Source: Felis catus (lineage: Eukaryota). Taken from it: 64,000 nucleotides of DNA. The notes below the pieces were generated by a model. The model was not told the origin of the DNA, searched no databases, and worked only from the letters and a program-made list of their open reading frames with translations. Below are positions 13,102 to 26,109 of this stretch, in pieces; the first letter of the stretch is position 1, and every line of letters starts with the position of its first letter. The translations under genes were made by a program, and so were the position numbers. The stretch covers positions 16,866,001-16,930,000 of the forward strand of contig NC_058368.1 in the NCBI RefSeq assembly GCF_018350175.1, written 5' to 3'.

Positions 13102-13115
13102 GTTCTCATGGCAAC
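13102..13115. promoter_or_regulatory. RFX X-box motif
   Basis: GTTCTCATGGCAAC closely matches the palindromic X-box GTTNCCATGGNAAC. It is followed at 13123 by a consensus donor AA|gtaagt. Confidence 0.55.
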
Positions 13116-15412
13116 TTGTGAAGTAAGTGAGGGGACTTTTTATACCTGCTGCCTTTCCCTTAAAAAGCTCTTTCTTTGCTTATCCCTGGACCCTCTTATT
13201 CTGTGACATCTATCCTGACGTCCTTCACTAAAAAAAGTATTTCCTCTCCGACAGGGGTCAATGCATCTCAATTTAACTGATGATGGTTAAAACTATGCTT
13301 TTCTGAAAAAGGCACCTATGCTGTAGTAAAACATTAGTTCACCGATGTGCAGCCTATGTTAAAGATTAGCCAAGCTCAGTTTTATTCATTTATTTCATTA
13401 TTTGTTTCTGGTTACTTTGCCCTCGTGTCCATTTCTTTGTGCTTTGAAACATAGATAGCTTAACAATTGGGAAAGATAATGCAGTCTTTGATGATTTTTC
13501 ACTGAAATTCAGTTGATTTATGAAGACAGAATGGGAGGGTGCAAGCATTGTGAATAGTCCCATAGGTGTACAGATGGGAAAAGAACAATACTGTAAAACA
13601 GTGGAAAAGTAAGGATTCTTATTTCCTGCTCTAAGAAAGGCAACTACATAAGATTGGAAACTTTTATAGTAAGTAAATTCTGCAGGGCTCTGAGATACAG
13701 TTTAGCAGATTTTTTGTTCCCCCAAATTTGCTATTAAAATTGTATAAAGTGCTCCATCAATCTCTCTTTAACTCTTGAGGGCAGATTGTTAATTTCTCAC
13801 AGTTACGTACAAATATTTATGACTTAACAATGAATACTTCAATGACCTTTGTTTTGCTTAAAATACTAGGTCTAATTTCATCCTTTCTAGTATATTCACT
13901 AGACTAAATTTACTTTCTCTTTTCACTCAGATGATGAAATTGATTTATGAAATTTTGATTTAAAAAATAACTTAGAAATCATCAATTCTAATTCTTTCAT
14001 TTTATAGATGAAAAAGTTGAGGCCCAGACAGGTTTCTTTTCCCTCTTTAAAATTTTACCTTTTAAAAAAGGTAGAAAACAAAACCATATTTAAAAAAATC
14101 ATGTGATATATATTGATATATATATATTTCATTAATGAAATGTTTTTCTCTCTTGTAGGCTTATTATTATTAAGCCAAGCCATGAGATTTACAGTAAGGA
14201 GAAAATGGATCATTCTGGAGATAGGAAGTCTATAGAGCAGGGAAGAAGGAGGCTATGAAGCAAGTGTGTTTCATAATTAGAGCAGAGAATTAGAAAGCCC
14301 TTATGGTATAGTTGGAGGAGAAAGAGGAGAAAACAAGAAAGGGGAGAAATGGATAATAGTGAGTGTTCTTAAATCCCCTTCCCTCAATCCTTACTTCAAG
14401 GCATAGGAAAGTTAAAGTTAAAGTTAATAGGATACACACTCAGAAATGTGGGGAGGTAAGCCTCCTAAAGCTGCTGGCTTGCTATTCACTGAGCAGAGCA
14501 CACCCCGGGAAAATTACAAACCCTGCTGAGTGTTGTACACTGGGTACACAACCGTATATGTGTATCAACAGTATAATGTGTATCATACTCACACACTAAG
14601 CCCTGGGTGGAAGGCTAGATATGGGCGAAAGAAATGTATACATGATTATTCTAACATATCCCCTTCTCCATTCTCCACAGCTTACCTATGTTGTACAAGG
14701 AGGAGAGATGCTTCAGTGTCCAGTTGGGAAGGAAAAAGAACCCTGGATCCAGAGTCATAAGGGGAAAAGAACTGCTCTTTCCAGCAAAGACAAGTTCATG
14801 CACATCTCTTTTTTTTTTTTTTTTTTCTGCTCTGTCTCCATTTGGGTGGGCTTTCTCCAAAGAATCATAAAAAAATAAGCTATGTTTTAGAATCTCATTC
14901 TTCTTGAGGGAAGACCAGAAAACTCTCTCTCTCCCTCTGGACTAATCTGCCTCAATGTAGCTGAGGAAATCTGGACTTCCTCAGCAGCTGGCATTGTTCA
15001 AAATAGACCATCCTTGCTTTGGGTCATACGACTCAAGTCTCAGGTATGTGCTTCACTTCTCGATTCTGGATTGCCTGTCACCTACAACAAAGAAATCGAT
15101 TTTATCTAGCCAAATTCATGAGAGTTCTATATAAAGTTTTGTCAGTAAAGGTGAGTGTTTATGTAAAGCATTATTTTGCTCACTCTTATCCTGTGGAAAT
15201 ATTTATCTGAGTAACCTCACATGTAGAAGTGTATTACTGGGGAGAGAATTGGGATCCTTTCATCATTCCTATTGACCCAATGAACTTCTTTGGTGCTGCT
15301 CAGAATTTTTCAGGGTGCGTTCTGCTCACCAGAAACTAGGTTACAACACAAAATTTGTATCAATTTAAAGAGAGAGCCAAAGTTCCGGGCATGTTCTATT
15401 TAAAGATATCCT

Positions 15413-15575
15413 GGGGCACCTGGGTGGCTTAGTCGGTTGGCTCAGATCATGATTTCACGGTTTGTGAGCTCAAGCCTCATGTTGGACTCTGTGCTGAGAT
15501 TCTCTCTCCCTCTCTCTTTCTCTCTACCCCTACCTCACACTCTCTGTCTCAAAAATGAATAAACTTAAAAAAAAT
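15413..15575 (+). mobile_element. Can-SINE with internal deletions
   Basis: TSD taaagatatcct on both sides. Confidence 0.9.
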
Positions 15576-15739
15576 AAAGATATCCTGCTGTAAAATTACC
15601 CATGTCTGAAACAGTGTCCTGAAGAAAGAGGGAATGTATATGATTATATGTACAAATATCTTCCTTAATTTTGTTAAAAGAATTGGTCCTTTTTTTTTTC
15701 TTTTCAAAATGTTTCTAGGACTACACACGCTCACCTGCG

Positions 15740-16440
15740 ATCATTCCTTCACAGTCTCAATATCTGGTGTCTTCTCTTCCTGACATTTCAATGTTGGAAT
15801 GTCACAGCACTCAGCCTTCATTACTTTCTTCTTCCTTCTCGACACTCACTCCCTAAGTGGTCCCATCTAGAGCCATATCTTTAAATACCCACCTTATGTT
15901 AACTCTCAAATGTATATCTCCTGCCTTCCCTCTCTTCTGAATGTCATACCCGGATATCCAACTGCCTATTCATCATCTCCATTTGAATCTAAAAGGCATC
16001 TCAAAATTCACATGTTAAAAATAGAACTTTCAATCTCCACTCCCAGCAAATCTGCTTCTCATTCAGTCATCGCTAGCTCAGTAAATGGCAGTACTATTCA
16101 CCTCATGGCTCAGGGGGAAAAAAAATAAATAAATAAACAAACCGGTGGTATCATCCCTTTCTCATTCTCACACCTGCTGCCCAAAACACCAGCAACTCTG
16201 TTGACTCTAAGTTCAAAATACTGTATATCTGGAATCTAGTCATTCTCACCACTATAACGGTAGCCCAAGCCAACATCATCTCTCCCCTGATCTGTTGCAA
16301 AGGCCTCCTTATGGATGTTCTTGCTTTCACTCTTGCCTCCTGTGAGCTATTCTCCATGCAGTAGGCAGAAATATGCTCACGAATCAGAATGTATCCACTG
16401 CATCCCTATTCTAAACCCTTCTAGTGGTTTCCTGTAAAAT
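15740..16440 (+). mobile_element. L2 LINE fragment
   Basis: ORF 15910..16128 contains HLKIHMLKIEL, a decayed form of the L2 RT motif HLKLNMSKTEL. Typical L2 3' sequence follows. Confidence 0.8.
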
Positions 16441-17311
16441 GAGGAAGAATACCAGTGTTTATGTCATGGTGTTGCTAAGAAGATTCAATAACATCTCCAT
16501 AAAGCACTTTGTATAGTTTCTGGCACATAGAAATAGTCAAGGGAAGTAGGTAATTATTATTAGTTAGTTTCTTTAGCACAAGATTTCCCTGTCTGCAGTC
16601 CATCATTCACAGGAAGACAAAACTGCCTACAAACTTCAGGGTGCTCGTAGGATCAATTCATCCCTTATGGCCTCAAACACATAGTCCTTCGATCTGGCTC
16701 TGACCTATATTTTCAGCTTCATTCCCTATTACTCATTCATTGATCAACTATTTATGTACCAGGAAGAGCACTTGGACCTGAAGATACAAAGGTCAATGCT
16801 CCCAAGTCCTAAACATTCTGTTTCTGCCATGCTGAATGGTGGGAGATGGGCCTTGGGGAAACAGTTGCAAGAGGAAATCGATTATTTCCTGGCCCGAGTT
16901 TTTAAAAATCTAGTGTCTGAGAGAAAACTGACTATTGCAGCAAAACTGACTGTTGAGAGAACTGTTACCTAGAGAGAAATTTCCGCATAGGAGACCAACA
17001 AATAAAATGAGTCAACTCGTATCAGAAGCCAAGTGTTCCCCATTCAGGGCACTTATTTCCTTTCCCATTGCTTTACCTGTCATACTCTTGGAACTTCTTC
17101 AAGGCTATCCTTAAAGTCACTGTTCAGTGAAGCCTTCTGTGACACCCCCATGTATATAGACACGTGGTTGCTCTATTCTGGTGCAACCACATAAACGAGT
17201 TCATGGGAGCTCCTCGTTTGGAGATATGAATAATTCTGCACGGCTGTATCTTTTACTGGCATATGGCCTGCTAAAGGAAGGTGCAATCTTTTCTGGAAAA
17301 AAGCTATCAAA

Positions 17312-17897
17312 TCTTTATGGTAACATAACTGGCATAAACATTGTGTAAGTTTAAGGGGTACAGTATGTTTACTCAATTTATATTTATATATTACAAAATG
17401 ATTAACACCATAGTGTTAGTAGCACCTTCATCCTGCCACATGATTATCATTTCTATTTGTGGTTAAAATATTTAAGATTTATTATCTTAGCAATTTTGAG
17501 GACATAATATAGTATTATCAGCTATAATAACCATGCTCTACATTAAATCCCGGAACTTGATGCTCTTATAACTCAAAGTTTGTAGCCTTTCGCCATTTTC
17601 TCCCCATTTCCTTCATCCCTCAACTCTTTGGAACAATCACTCTACTCTGTTTCCCCAAGTTTGTCTCTTTTAGATCCCATATATAAATGATACCATATAG
17701 TATCTATGTTTCTCTGTCTGGCTTATCTCACTTAGCATCATGCCCTCAGGGTTCACCCAACTTGGGGCAAACAGCAGGACTTCCTTCTTTCTCGTGGCTG
17801 AATAATATCCCATTGTGTATATCTTCTATATATCTTCTTTACTCATTCATCCATTGATGGACATGGGTGGTTTTGGTTTCTTGGTTATTGGAATATC
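17312..17897 (-). mobile_element. L1MA-type 3' end
   Basis: Antisense L1 3'UTR: cattgtgtaagtttaagg; ttttagatcccatatataaatgataccatatagtat; gtggctgaataatatcccattgtg. Confidence 0.88.
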
Positions 17898-17909
17898 ACT
17901 AGTGCAACT

Positions 17910-18295
17910 TTGTTTCAGTTTGGGTCATCTGAGAGCCTGAGTAGGAATGCAGACATACATGGTTTATTAAGGAAACACTCTCAGAATAAAGGATGTGAAG
18001 GAAATAGGATAGGACAGGAAAAAGAGCTAAGTAAGGATGTCTTCTGAGTGGGGAGTCATCCTGCAGGCTGAACCCACCGCGGGCTCCAGGGCATGAATCA
18101 TACCACAGAACTCGACTCATTTTGAGTCACCGGCATCTGGGTCAGTCAGTCATTGCCTGTTAGGCTAGGCATTCCTGTCCAAGCCAGGGAGTTTCTCCAG
18201 AGGAGACAGTAGCTGGGAGTCCTTGGTAGCCTTCACTGCAGTGATGAAGGATGAATGTTCTGGCCTGATGAGAGAGATCCTGCCAGAGCAGCAAA
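17910..18295 (-). mobile_element. ERVL-class LTR (LTR16/LTR33-like)
   Basis: Begins tgtttcagtttgggtc...gcctgag...tggtttattaaggaaacactctcag, an antisense LTR end with poly(A) signal. Confidence 0.6.
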
Positions 18296-18734
18296 CACTG
18301 TATTAATCTCTGTGTTCTAACATCTACTTTTTCCTTTATCATATAGTGGACCCTCAAAAAGATTTATTATACCATTAAATGAATTATTGGATTACAACTC
18401 TGAGCAAGGTTCTATACGGTGTCACAATGATGAGACACAATGAGACACAATGATGAGTTCTTCACCTCAGTCATTTGTGGCGAACATCCAGTGAGGTGGG
18501 GGGTGGTGAGATAAAATCACTAACACCTAGAATACAGGGCAAGATATAATGTCTACAAGACAGATATATGGATTTTATGGAACTGCAACTGAGGTGTGAA
18601 TGTCATCTCATAGGAATTGAGAGACTTCAGGGAAGACATGGAGTTTGTAATCTTAACGAACACATTGATTCTCAGGGGAAAAAAGAGGTTAAACTGCAAC
18701 CGGGGAGAACTCCATTACAAATGTCATAGAGACA

Positions 18735-18950
18735 GGGGGCACCTGCTCTATGGCTCGGATGGTTAAGCAACCAACTCTTGGCTTCGGCTCAGGTCATGAT
18801 CTCACAGATCATGAGTTTGAGCCCCACGTCGGGCTCTGTGCTGGCAGTGAGGAGTCTGCTTGGGATTTTCTCTCTCCCTCTCTCTCTGCTCCTCCCCTGC
18901 TCATGCTCTCTCTCTCTCTTTCAAAATAAATTAATAAAACTTAAAAACAA
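18735..18950 (+). mobile_element. Can-SINE
   Basis: Head, ctcaggtcatgatctc core, CT tract and A tail. Confidence 0.9.
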
Positions 18951-19296
18951 ACCCCCAAATGTCTGGCATTTGGGCAGACAATTCAGGCAGAAAATGTCTG
19001 AATTAAGGAAAGAGAAGAGGTCACTCAACTGCTGCTTAGACCACAGGCTAGCTAAGTAGTAAACATGGCCAGAAAATGAATTGGGGGTATAAATGTGTAG
19101 GGATCTAAGTGCTAAGCAGAGAAGTTTGGGTTTAACTGTCCAGATAATGGGAAGTCATTAGAGATTTTTCAACCTGGAAGTGAAAGAAAAGGGCCTTGGT
19201 TTTAACCTAGCAAGATTAGTTTAGGTTGAGAAGGAACTAGATGTAGAAACTGTTTATAAAGCAACCTTAGACAATGTTTTAAAATGAAATGCCTTT

Positions 19297-19497
19297 GGGG
19301 CACCTGGGTGCCTCAGTCGGTTAAACATCTGACTTCGGCTCAGGTCGTGATCTCATGATTCACAAGTTCAAGCCCCGCTTTGGACTCTGCTGACAGCTCA
19401 GAGCCTGGAGCCTGCTTTGAATTCTGTGTCTCCCTCTCTCTCTGCCCCTCCCCACCTCTAGCTCACTCTGTCTCTCAAAAATAAATAAATATTAAAA
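19297..19497 (+). mobile_element. Can-SINE
   Basis: Full element; TSD aaatgcctt. Confidence 0.93.
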
Positions 19498-19854
19498 CTA
19501 AATGCCTTAATCTCTCCGTGTCTTCATTTTAAGCTACATTTTAACAAATTTTTATTACATATAATTTTATTTTAAAGATTAAATGAAAAAGCAGATTTTC
19601 TAAACACCATATTTCCAGACCATATGTAAATTCCCTGTGTTGAAGCACATTCTGAGAAAAGGTACAATATATCAGAATTCCAAAGTATATCTGACCCCTA
19701 ATATATGATAATTGACTGTTGACAAAATAAGTCCACAAAATGTAGGCGTTCCACTATCTCCTTGCTACTATTAAATATACATTCCATGGTGATGTCTCTG
19801 ATTTATTTTATTATCTTAATTAGATAGATCACAATTCTCAGTTGCAACAAATTT

Positions 19855-19919
19855 TTATTTGGAGCTTCTTAGCTTATCATAAGGAGAGACACTTAAGGAA
19901 TCAAAAGCATGATGTCCAT
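19855..19919 (-). CDS. Candidate alternative terminal exon (DGHHAFDSLSVSPYDKLRSSK*)
   Basis: Strong acceptor ttattttattttctcttcgaag|AT GGA CAT ... AAA TAA. AATAAA (19854-19859) overlaps the stop codon. Confidence 0.25.
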
Positions 19920-20904
19920 CTTCGAAGAGAAAATAAAATAATATTTATGGGAACATTCTGGGTAACAGGTTGTACTAAAGAGATGCTTTTGTATACAGCA
20001 TCTCACCGATGCTGCATATTCAGTAAAAATCCTCATTTTAATTCATATGTTAATTAAAGGACCTTGGTTTATCTACTTAGTAAGTAAGAGTCAGATTCAA
20101 ACCCAGTGTTAATCACCAACCTAAAACTCTTTCTATACATATATTAGCATACATAGCATACCATCTATACATATGTCACATCTATTAGGATATTTACATG
20201 TAAAAATTAGTAGCAACATATGGCCGCAATTGTTAAAGACTAACGGAATAGTGATATAGGAAATAACTGCCAAAATGTAGCTCCTATAAATGTTGAGATA
20301 TATGTAACACACTCTCTCCCATTCACAGCCCATTATAATTTCCACCTTTGTTCCAAAATTCACTCCCACCCCAGGGATGGGTCTGTAGAATAAAACCATA
20401 ATAAAGTTTATAGGGAATACATAGAAGAAAAATAATGGTCATACTGAACACTAATGCTATGTTATTTATAGCTACTTAGGATTTATTATGTTTCATAAAT
20501 CATTTAGCATGATTTTTGTTAATTTATTCGTTTAAAAATATGTGCATTATTAGTGCAATTAATTTTACATTAAAGGATGTGTTTAAATATTTTCATTTTG
20601 CCAGTCATAGAGTTTAACTTGGAATGAATTCATTATAGCTAATCCTCACAAAATTCCTCAAGATAAGGTTTTGTAATAACCATTTGACAGTTAGAAAATT
20701 AAAACTGTAAAAGGTTGAGTAACTTTCCCGAGGGTACAGATTGCTAATTTTAGAAATAGCAAAGTGTCCAAGTCTCTATTATGGGGCATCAGCTTTAAAG
20801 AGCCCGTTACTTATTTTTGGAAAGATATTTAAATTAAAAACTAATGATAACAGACAATGAAAAGCTTATGTTGGAGTAAATGATCTGAAAGCTAGAACAG
20901 TCAC

Positions 20905-21602
20905 TGTATTAGTTTCCTATTGCTGCTGTAACAAATTACCACCGATTTGGTGGCTTAAAATAACACACATGTATTATCTTATGTTCCTGAAGTCAGAAGT
21001 TCAAAATGGGATTTATTGGGGGTAAAATCAAGGTGTTAGTAGGGCTCTGTTCCTTCTGTAGGTTGAAGGGATCATCCATCACCTTTCCTCTTCCAGCATC
21101 TTGCAGCTTCTCACGTTCCTTTCCATTCCTTTCAAGATGACCCCCTTCCATCTTGAAAGACAACAATGGCTGGCCAGGTCTTTCCTGTGCTGTATCGTTC
21201 TGACGCTCCTTCTTTGGTCTCATCTTCAACATTTAAAGGACTCGATGATTATTTGGGGCCCACTCAGGATAACTCAGGATAATCTTATCTCAAGACCCTT
21301 GATTGCATCGCATCTTCAAAATGCCTTTTGCCACGTAAGGTAACATATTCACAGATTCTGGAGATTTTTCAAAAAATATTTATTTTGGGGAGAGCACAAG
21401 TTGGGGAGGGGCAGAGAGAGGGGAACAGAGGATCTGAAGCAGGCTGAAAGCAGCGAGCCCAATGTAGGTCCTCAACTCACAAGCCACAAGATCATGACCT
21501 GAGCCAAAGTCTGTTGCTCAAGGGAACTGAGCCACCCAGGTGCTCTGATTTCTAGAGATTTTGATGCAAACATCCGTGGGGTCCATTATCCTGACTGTTA
21601 CA
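20905..21602 (-). mobile_element. MaLR solo LTR (MLT1C/D-like) with a nested Can-SINE
   Basis: Starts tgtattagtttcctattgctgctgtaacaaattaccac; ends gtccattatcctgactgttaca. Confidence 0.88.
21366..21546 (-). mobile_element. Can-SINE nested in MLT1
   Basis: actgagccacccaggtgc; TSD-like gatt(t)ct(g/a)gagatttt. Confidence 0.88.
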
Positions 21603-22042
21603 GTCAGGAAAGGCTTTCTGGAAGAAAACAAAACCTAGAGCTTTGCTTTGAATGTTAAAGAGTTGAGGTCAAGACACTATCATCAAAAGCAACAATAAAA
21701 ACCAGGATACAAGGAGAGACATTGCAGTGGTTGCATGTGAAGCCGGGACTACTGTGTTATTCCCTATCTAGTCCTGTGTTCAGTCAAGTCTCTTGACCTT
21801 CCGGGGTCTCTACTTTGTCATCTGTGAAATGAGGTTATTGGACAACGGGATCTCCGTAGTTTCTTTCCCCAATCATTTGCATACATATATACATTTTGAA
21901 TAATATGTAAATGAGTGTATTTTAAAAGGCAAATTGGTTAAGTTCAAAGTTTATCATGCCTCCAGAGGGTGCTTGGAGGTGTTCAAGCATGAGATATCTA
22001 TTACGTATCTTGTGTTTCACTTAATCAAAGCCTTACATTTCT

Positions 22043-22203
22043 GGGGCTCCTGGGTGGCTCAGTCGGTTAAGCATCAGACTTTCACTCAGGTCATGATCTC
22101 ATGGTTCACGAGTTCAAGCCCTGCATCAGGCTCTGTGCTGACAGCTCAAGCCTGGAGCCTGCTTCAGATTCTGTGCCTCCCTCTCTCTCTGCCCCTCCCT
22201 CTC

Positions 22204-22241
<38 letters not shown>

Positions 22242-22296
22242 AATAAGTAAACATTAAAAAAATAAAAAATACATTACAAAACAGAAATAAAAAGAA
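22043..22296 (+). mobile_element. Can-SINE
   Basis: Full element; TSD aaagccttacatttct. Confidence 0.95.
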
Positions 22297-23170
22297 AAAG
22301 CCTTACATTTCTTTTTCCATACGGCCATGCATTTTTATTTTCAGCCTGTTCACTCTGCAACATAACGGAAAGTTATTTTGTGTATTTGCTATTCTTTCTT
22401 GTTCAACAATCTTTTATTTCGTGGATATTTTATTTAGTCTTTCGTAAGTTTTTTATTTAATTAAATTCTTCCTAAAATGTATTCTTTCCAACATTTTAGT
22501 TTTATCAAAACAAAGAAAAGGGGAAAATACATTATGTATTGTTTCTACGTATTAGTATTTTCTACTGTCATTTGTCATCTTTCTGAGAGCTGTGCTAGTC
22601 CCCTTATGTTGTACCATTTTTTCACATAAAAAAGATTTCCATGCCAGCATCTACTGCACCAAAGCAAACAGGCCCAGTGATCTAAATTCAAAATCTCCTC
22701 CAGGCTTGCCTCAAGACTTGCAGTTCTGCTGTTTATATTACTTTTTTGGATTAAAATATATATATATTTCATAAGCCCTTATTAAAAGGCAAACAGTTTG
22801 CCTTGACAGAAGTATGCTGACTTGATATCATCATAAATATATTAGTAAAGAGCAGAGAACAGGCCCAAGTACACAGGCCAAAGAACATGTACATTTTGCG
22901 TAGAGATGAAGTAGAAATTGAAAAACCCAGGTACAGGATACTGCCGAATCTCTCTAATGGCTCCCACTGACATCCTTTTTCTTCTCTAGTCAGTATCCTA
23001 GTTGGGTCTTTATTCCTATATGGTACCTAGGCTCCTACATCGAAAACCCTCTTTTAATCTCCCCCACATACTACTTTAGATATGCCATCACCCTGCTCTC
23101 AAGCTCCCATTTGTGTCTCTCATGTGTGGGACAAAGTTCAAAGTCTTGCACAGCATGGCCTGTATCTACC

Positions 23171-23373
23171 TTTTTTTTTTTTTTTTGACTCTTAGACTTT
23201 TATTTTTATTTTTATTTTTTTTACAAGTGATTGTCTTCTTTATTATTTTTTTATATGAAATTTATTGACAAATTGGTTTTCATACAACACCCAGTGCTCA
23301 TCCCAAAAGGTGCCCTCCTCAAAACCCATCACCCACCCTCTCCTCCCTCCCACCCCCCATCAACCCTCAGTTT
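23171..23373 (-). mobile_element. Young felid L1 (L1_Fc-like) 3' end, heavily 5'-truncated, with a compound tail
   Basis: atatgaaatttattgacaaattggttttcatacaacacccagtgctcatcccaaaaggtgccctcctc is the antisense cat-type L1 3' terminus, preceded by three T-rich tracts. Confidence 0.85.
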
Positions 23374-23466
23374 CTTCCTTTTTAATGTTACTGCACTTTT
23401 TAACTGAGTGTCCACTGTTGCCAAAATGTCTACTCATCATTCCTTGAGTGTAAACATAAATACCCG

Positions 23467-23549
23467 TTTCTTCTTCCTCCTCGCCCTCCTCCTCCTCCTT
23501 CTATTCTTCTCCTTCTTCTTCTTCTTCTTTTGTTTCTTCTTCTTCTTCT

Positions 23550-23597
<48 letters not shown>
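23467..23597. repeat. Compound pyrimidine microsatellite (CCT)n(CTT)n(CT)n
   Basis: Directly visible; ~130 bp almost purely C/T on the plus strand. Confidence 0.95.
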
Positions 23598-23598
<1 letters not shown>

Positions 23599-23795
23599 AA
23601 TTTTGACTTAAAGTAAGCTTAGAATTTCTCTTCTTTCTAAACCATCTCTCTACCTCTACTTCAGGAGCTTTTCTTATTTCTTTGGTTTTCATGGTTTAAT
23701 ACCTCTGTGAAAATCTGTGGCACTTACAGTCTATCCTCTTCCTTTGTCACAGAACTAACCACGGATTTGCCATTTTAAATATAGGTTGCTGTTCA

Positions 23796-23981
23796 TTTTT
23801 TAAAGTTTATTTATTTTGAGGGGGGGGAGAGAGAGTCATAGACAGAGGGAAAGAGAATCCTACACAGACTCCACACTGTCAATGCAGAGCCCAATGTGGG
23901 ACTCCATCCCACAAACGTGAGATCATGACCTGACCGGAAACAAAGAGTCAGAGGCTTAACTGACTGAGCCTCAGGCACCCC
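23796..23981 (-). mobile_element. Can-SINE
   Basis: TSD aggttgct(g/a)ttc. Confidence 0.88.
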
Positions 23982-25817
23982 AGGTTGCTATTCTTAAAAT
24001 AAATATCCCGTCTCCCCAACTACCTTCTAAATCCCTCAGGAATAGGAACCATATACTTACACTTTTGGCATTTTCAGTCCTTAGCACATAGCCTTACTCA
24101 TACATGGTTCTCACTAGAAGTACATGATGGAGATCCGGAAGGAGATATTAAATAGTGTAAAAGCCCTGACACTGAGGGGGACACCAAGATAAAAGTCATC
24201 ATTTCTAAACTGCAGATCAAAGCTCTAAACTGAGCTCATATCAAGTGTCAGCACAAGGACAGAATAAGTAGTAACTCTGAGTCTTCCAAATATCGTTAGG
24301 TTTGTTAAAACTCTTTCAAACTGAAGAGGTTTTAGGCAACTTCTAGATAACATTCTTGGGGACAGGCCAACAACCTTCCACTTTGATGCAAAGATTCAAA
24401 AGCTCTGGTATGCCATGCTTACCGTAGGTCTTGTATCACCAAAAGTGATCACAAGGTTCAGGACATACAATGCCTTTTTGTGCCGGTTCTAGTTTCCTAT
24501 AAACCTGGAAAGTACTCTTATCTCAGCTGAGAACAGGTATGAAATCACTTTGCAAGAATTGGCTCAAATAGTTTTCTCTAGGAAGTCTCTCCCAACAATT
24601 TCAGAATTTAGGCATTCCTGCTAACGTGCTCCCCAAGAGCCAAGCTACCCTTCCTTTTTATAACCCTTATTATCATTTTACTTTACAGTTTGTTACATTT
24701 CCGTAATTTTGACTAGCCCCCAAGTTTCTTAAGGGTATTTTTCCTCTTTTGTTTCATTTTTTATTCCTTTATTGTTTTCAATGCTGGAAAGCTTGCACAT
24801 TAAAAATATTTCATAAATGTTTATTAAATGTGTGTATTTTAAGAACATACGGAAGTTTAAAATTTTACCACCTGATTCTGGGGATTAATTCCCTCAGAGG
24901 CACCTGTCAAGCTGGAAGCAAACAGAGTCCTTACACCCAACAAATGAAGTGATCAGTAATGGCATGGAGACTCGAGTGAGTTCCTTAAAGGCAGAATTAC
25001 ACTTTATTCGACTTTGTAACCTCACCATGGCTGAAAGAGCCCCTGGAACATTTTGCATGCTCAGTAAAGATTTACTCAGTGTTTAAATCCTACTCTGACC
25101 ATGATAATTCCAGAAGCGAAGAAGAACTACCATCAAATATAGGGTACTCCCTAACCGGTGACAACGTGCCGGACATTAAGGAGGGTATATTTGTATCATT
25201 TATCCCAGCTGCGTTGAATTTCTGATGCTCTTGTCCCTTCCACACTGCTAAAGCTATTAGGATGTAACATGCATCAAAGTTTTTGAAGAGCCACTCAAAC
25301 CCTGAATCTTCTCTGGTGACACCACCAGAGTATAGGCAAGGCCATGATTTCTACCAAAGGATGTAACTTTATATGTCATATTACAATAAAGTGACCATAT
25401 TACAAAGTATGCAGAATCCAAATTTCAGTGAAATTAGGGATGTTTAGGATAGCAAACCATTTGTACCATCATTGTGTTGATGAGCGTAGGCAGTAATAAG
25501 TGACACAATATCTTCATAGGAACATCAACGTCTGTCTCCATTAGGGGAGAACTTTTTCAGATTTACTAACAGCATATCTGTGATATCAGTTTATTCCCCA
25601 ATAGTAGAAATGGCATTCTATGTAACAGAATTGTGAATAATTGTAAAGCTTCTGGTGCTTAACTGTACCAGATGGCTTAACTATAGAGAGATTCAAATGA
25701 ATGGTATTATATTTCTCAGACATCTGGAAAACTTCTAACAGCATATGGAACCCAAGACCAGCACTCCAGCATTTTTTTAATGGCAAAGTTATTAACATTT
25801 GCAAAAGTAAAATTCTG

Positions 25818-25879
25818 CTATGGCAGCATTCTACCACATTCATTGTTGTTCAGACCTTCTACAGTTTTCCTAATATCAC
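25818..25879 (-). CDS. Candidate terminal exon B4 (GDIRKTVEGLNNNECGRMLP*)
   Basis: aaaaatgttttgcataag|GT GAT ATT AGG ... CCA TAG. AATAAA at 25590-25595 on the minus strand, ~220 nt after the stop. Confidence 0.27.
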
Positions 25880-26109
25880 CTTATGCAAAACATTTTTATA
25901 TATGGAGTAATTAACCATCTATAGATGATCTGAAGTTTTGCAGCACAAGAAGAACTATGAGAATTGGAAAAGAGAGTAATGTATAATTTAATCTTATAAT
26001 GAAAATAGGGAATGTTCTTTAAAGGCTGAGGGCTTTTCTTAAAAAAAATGTAAGAGAGTGTGCTCCCCTCTCAGTTAATTCTTATTAACTGTTTGACCAT
26101 TTCACTCAT

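Noticed and set aside
18423..18457. Short direct repeats (cacaatgatgag / cacaatgag), similar to those at 29311-29361 and 43300-43332
   Set aside because: Ordinary slippage duplications; no repeat-spacer array, not CRISPR-like.
23408..23692. Poly-F/L/S and poly-E/R ORFs
   Set aside because: Microsatellite translations.
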